This document shows, in pieces, positions 61,591-64,000 of a DNA stretch of 64,000 bases. Below the pieces are notes generated by a model that saw only the letters and a program-made list of their open reading frames with translations, had not been told where the DNA came from and ran no database searches. The translations under genes and the position numbers were made by a program. Numbering within the stretch: the first letter of the stretch is position 1; the number at the start of each line of letters is the position of its first letter. The stretch is from Chrysomallon squamiferum (Eukaryota; Animalia; Mollusca), in contig CM022670.1 of assembly GCA_012295275.1 (NCBI GenBank), positions 6,076,001 through 6,140,000 on the forward strand. Reading direction: 5' to 3'.

Positions 61591-62526
61591 CAAAGAACAA
61601 AAACAGCTATAATAATAAAATGAAGAGAAAAAAAAAAAAATCCAGGCAGTTATTTATATCCCCCCGTCCCTGCCCAAAAAATTGTTTACACAACAAACCG
61701 TCTGGTTTCAGTTACAGTGAGAGAAGAATGAGGAGTGTCTGCTTATAACCTGATAACAAACAAGTCAAATTTTACCTGGAGGCGGTTTATTGAAATTTTT
61801 TTATTACCTATACTGACAGTTCATATCTCCTCAGGTAAAGTAGTTAGCGGAGGCGGTATGAAATTTTAATTATTATAAACAGGTTTCATTTTAGTTTACA
61901 AATCAGTATGATTATATATTATTTATGTAAAATAATTAAATATGATCTATTTTAATACTGAATTTAAATTTTTTTTTTTATAAATTTAATGCTTTTTTTA
62001 GATTTATTACCATTATTATTTATCATCATCATCATCATTATTATATTATGTTTAACTACCGTCAACATTATTATTATCATCATCATCATCGTTATTATTT
62101 TCATTTTTAAAGTTAATATTAATATTATCTGCTTGACGTATATTGCTACATTTGTCTAAAGATATATGTCATAAACAGAACAGTGGAGGTTACTATGACA
62201 ACACAATATGTATGCTGAAATAGAAATGAATAAACAACTACACCATACACTAAATAACACCGCTGACAACGACAACTACTACGTGACCACCTTTTAAACA
62301 AATAAATAAAACAGCTCTATATAGCAGTCTAAAATTCACAAGACTACTAACAACACACAGACATGCTTACCAATGGATCCTCCTAAACAGCCGCGTTAAA
62401 TATAAAGTTAAAATTTGACTTTCTGCTAAAAGACAGGCTGACAAGGTGAATGGTCTTGTTAAAGAGACACGACAATAAATCATAACAGCAGCATTAGTCG
62501 CGAATAATTGTGTTAGGCGTCGGCTG

Positions 62527-62562
<36 letters not shown>

Positions 62563-62619
62563 GTAGTAGTAGTAACAGTAATTGTAGTAGTTGTAGTATT
62601 AGTAGCGGTAGTAGTAGTA

Positions 62620-62652
<33 letters not shown>

Positions 62653-62751
62653 GTAACAGTAATTGTAGTAGTTTTAGTAGTAGTAGTAGTAGTAGTAGTA
62701 GCGGTAGTAGCAGTAGTAGTAATAATAACAATAATAGTAATAGTAGTAGTA

Positions 62752-62800
<49 letters not shown>

Positions 62801-62822
62801 TAATAATAATAATAATAATAAT
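62527..62822. repeat. Compound (AAT)n/(AGT)n microsatellite
   Basis: Direct inspection. Confidence 0.9.
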
Positions 62823-63045
62823 TTAATATAATAAATATAAACATCACCCACAACCAACGAGTCATTCCGATTCACAAGATGATGATTTAAAATAAATGTG
62901 TAACGACATTTCAACATGATTAAATATGTTTGTAGAATATTCATATTTGGTGAAACGACAGAGGAATTAACCTGCCGTCTCTACATGCGTTACTCATATA
63001 TTAGCAATAAACAGAATCGTTTATATATCCTGTAGATAAAATAAT

Positions 63046-63090
<45 letters not shown>

Positions 63091-64000
63091 AGTCTTATGT
63101 ACAGCAACTCGACAGAACGGAAAACATACTAGTGATCACGTGACCTATCAGTTTCAGGCGTACACTGTGACCATTGAACAAAACCGAAATATAAATAATA
63201 CATGTAAATCGTACATCATCATTATGTCGACATTCTGTAACGTGAAACAAAACACAGAGGAATGAAAACAATAACCTTTGACCTACAAGCCTAGATTATA
63301 GATAAACGTGAGCCCTAAACGTATACACATACTTGAGAACGTGCTACCATGCATAAAGCGTTATATTTCTAAAAAAAAAAAAAAAAAAAACACGTTTCCT
63401 TGAGCAGTTGTTACTCAATTACCATGAGACAATCGTCCGCTCCTTACAACAACACGTTTACCTGACTAAACGCCGAGTTTGAGCTGAATCAACACATTAT
63501 TTAACAAATAAACTGAATGAAATAAGCTCGTGCAACAGAGACATTAAGTTGTAAATACCTTGTTTAGAGTTACTGTAAACAATGCTGAATAACCGCTCAT
63601 CTTGAAACTGAAACCGTTTCACAAATGGGCCATGATTATGTTGGGTATATTTTTCACGTTACAAATTTTATTATTTAAGTTTACCACCAACAGCTTTGTA
63701 CACGTAGCTCAGTTATTCGTGAATTTAAAAGTCGTTTTACGAATACACCCCCCAAACCATGTATCAGGCAAGGTTGGGATCGGAGGTGATCCGGATTTGT
63801 GGATGAAGGCCTTATATTAAACCTAAACGAAAAGTAAAGAACTGCACACACGCATGCACACACACACGCATGCACATAACAAACACACACACACACGCAC
63901 ATATTTGCATGCATAATATATCACGAGTTTTGATAAACCAGTCTTATGTTGCTCACTGATGATGCGACACATGAAATGTGATGTTAACAATTGTAACTAT

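Noticed and set aside
62371-62460. Minus-strand donor TTG|GTAAGC upstream of the PNP exons
   Set aside because: In-frame stop and no ATG. It may be an alternative UTR exon but cannot be supported.
60854-62944. Poly-L/I/Y hydrophobic ORFs
   Set aside because: Translations of microsatellites.
63685-63812. Exon-like segment (TTTAG…GTG|GTAA, minus strand) as an upstream coding exon of the PNP gene
   Set aside because: The frame needed to join exon 61147 in phase 1 contains stops; at most a non-coding exon.

Overview
AT-rich, intron-rich animal genomic DNA, probably from a lophotrochozoan such as a mollusc (inferred from composition and gene content, not proven). Seven spliced genes can be reconstructed by hand. 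(1) SLX4 on the minus strand, running off the left edge. (2) An unannotated 85-aa single-TM microprotein directly upstream of SLX4, possibly on the same transcript. (3) A CHST11-like carbohydrate sulfotransferase (+). (4) LRRC51 (-), head-to-head with (5) a large NuMA orthologue (+) that has a 4.6-kb coiled-coil exon. (6) RNF121 (-), with two U12-type introns and an apparent 2-nt frameshift. (7) The 3' exons of a PNP_UDP_1 (nucleoside phosphorylase/nucleosidase-fold) gene (-). The LRRC51-NuMA-RNF121 order and orientation match human 11q13.4. Also present: two Tigger/pogo-type elements, a hAT-type MITE with an 8-bp TSD, coding minisatellites, tandem arrays of duplicated splice acceptors and many microsatellites. 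All exon calls were made by eye from splice signals and reading frame, with no database searches.
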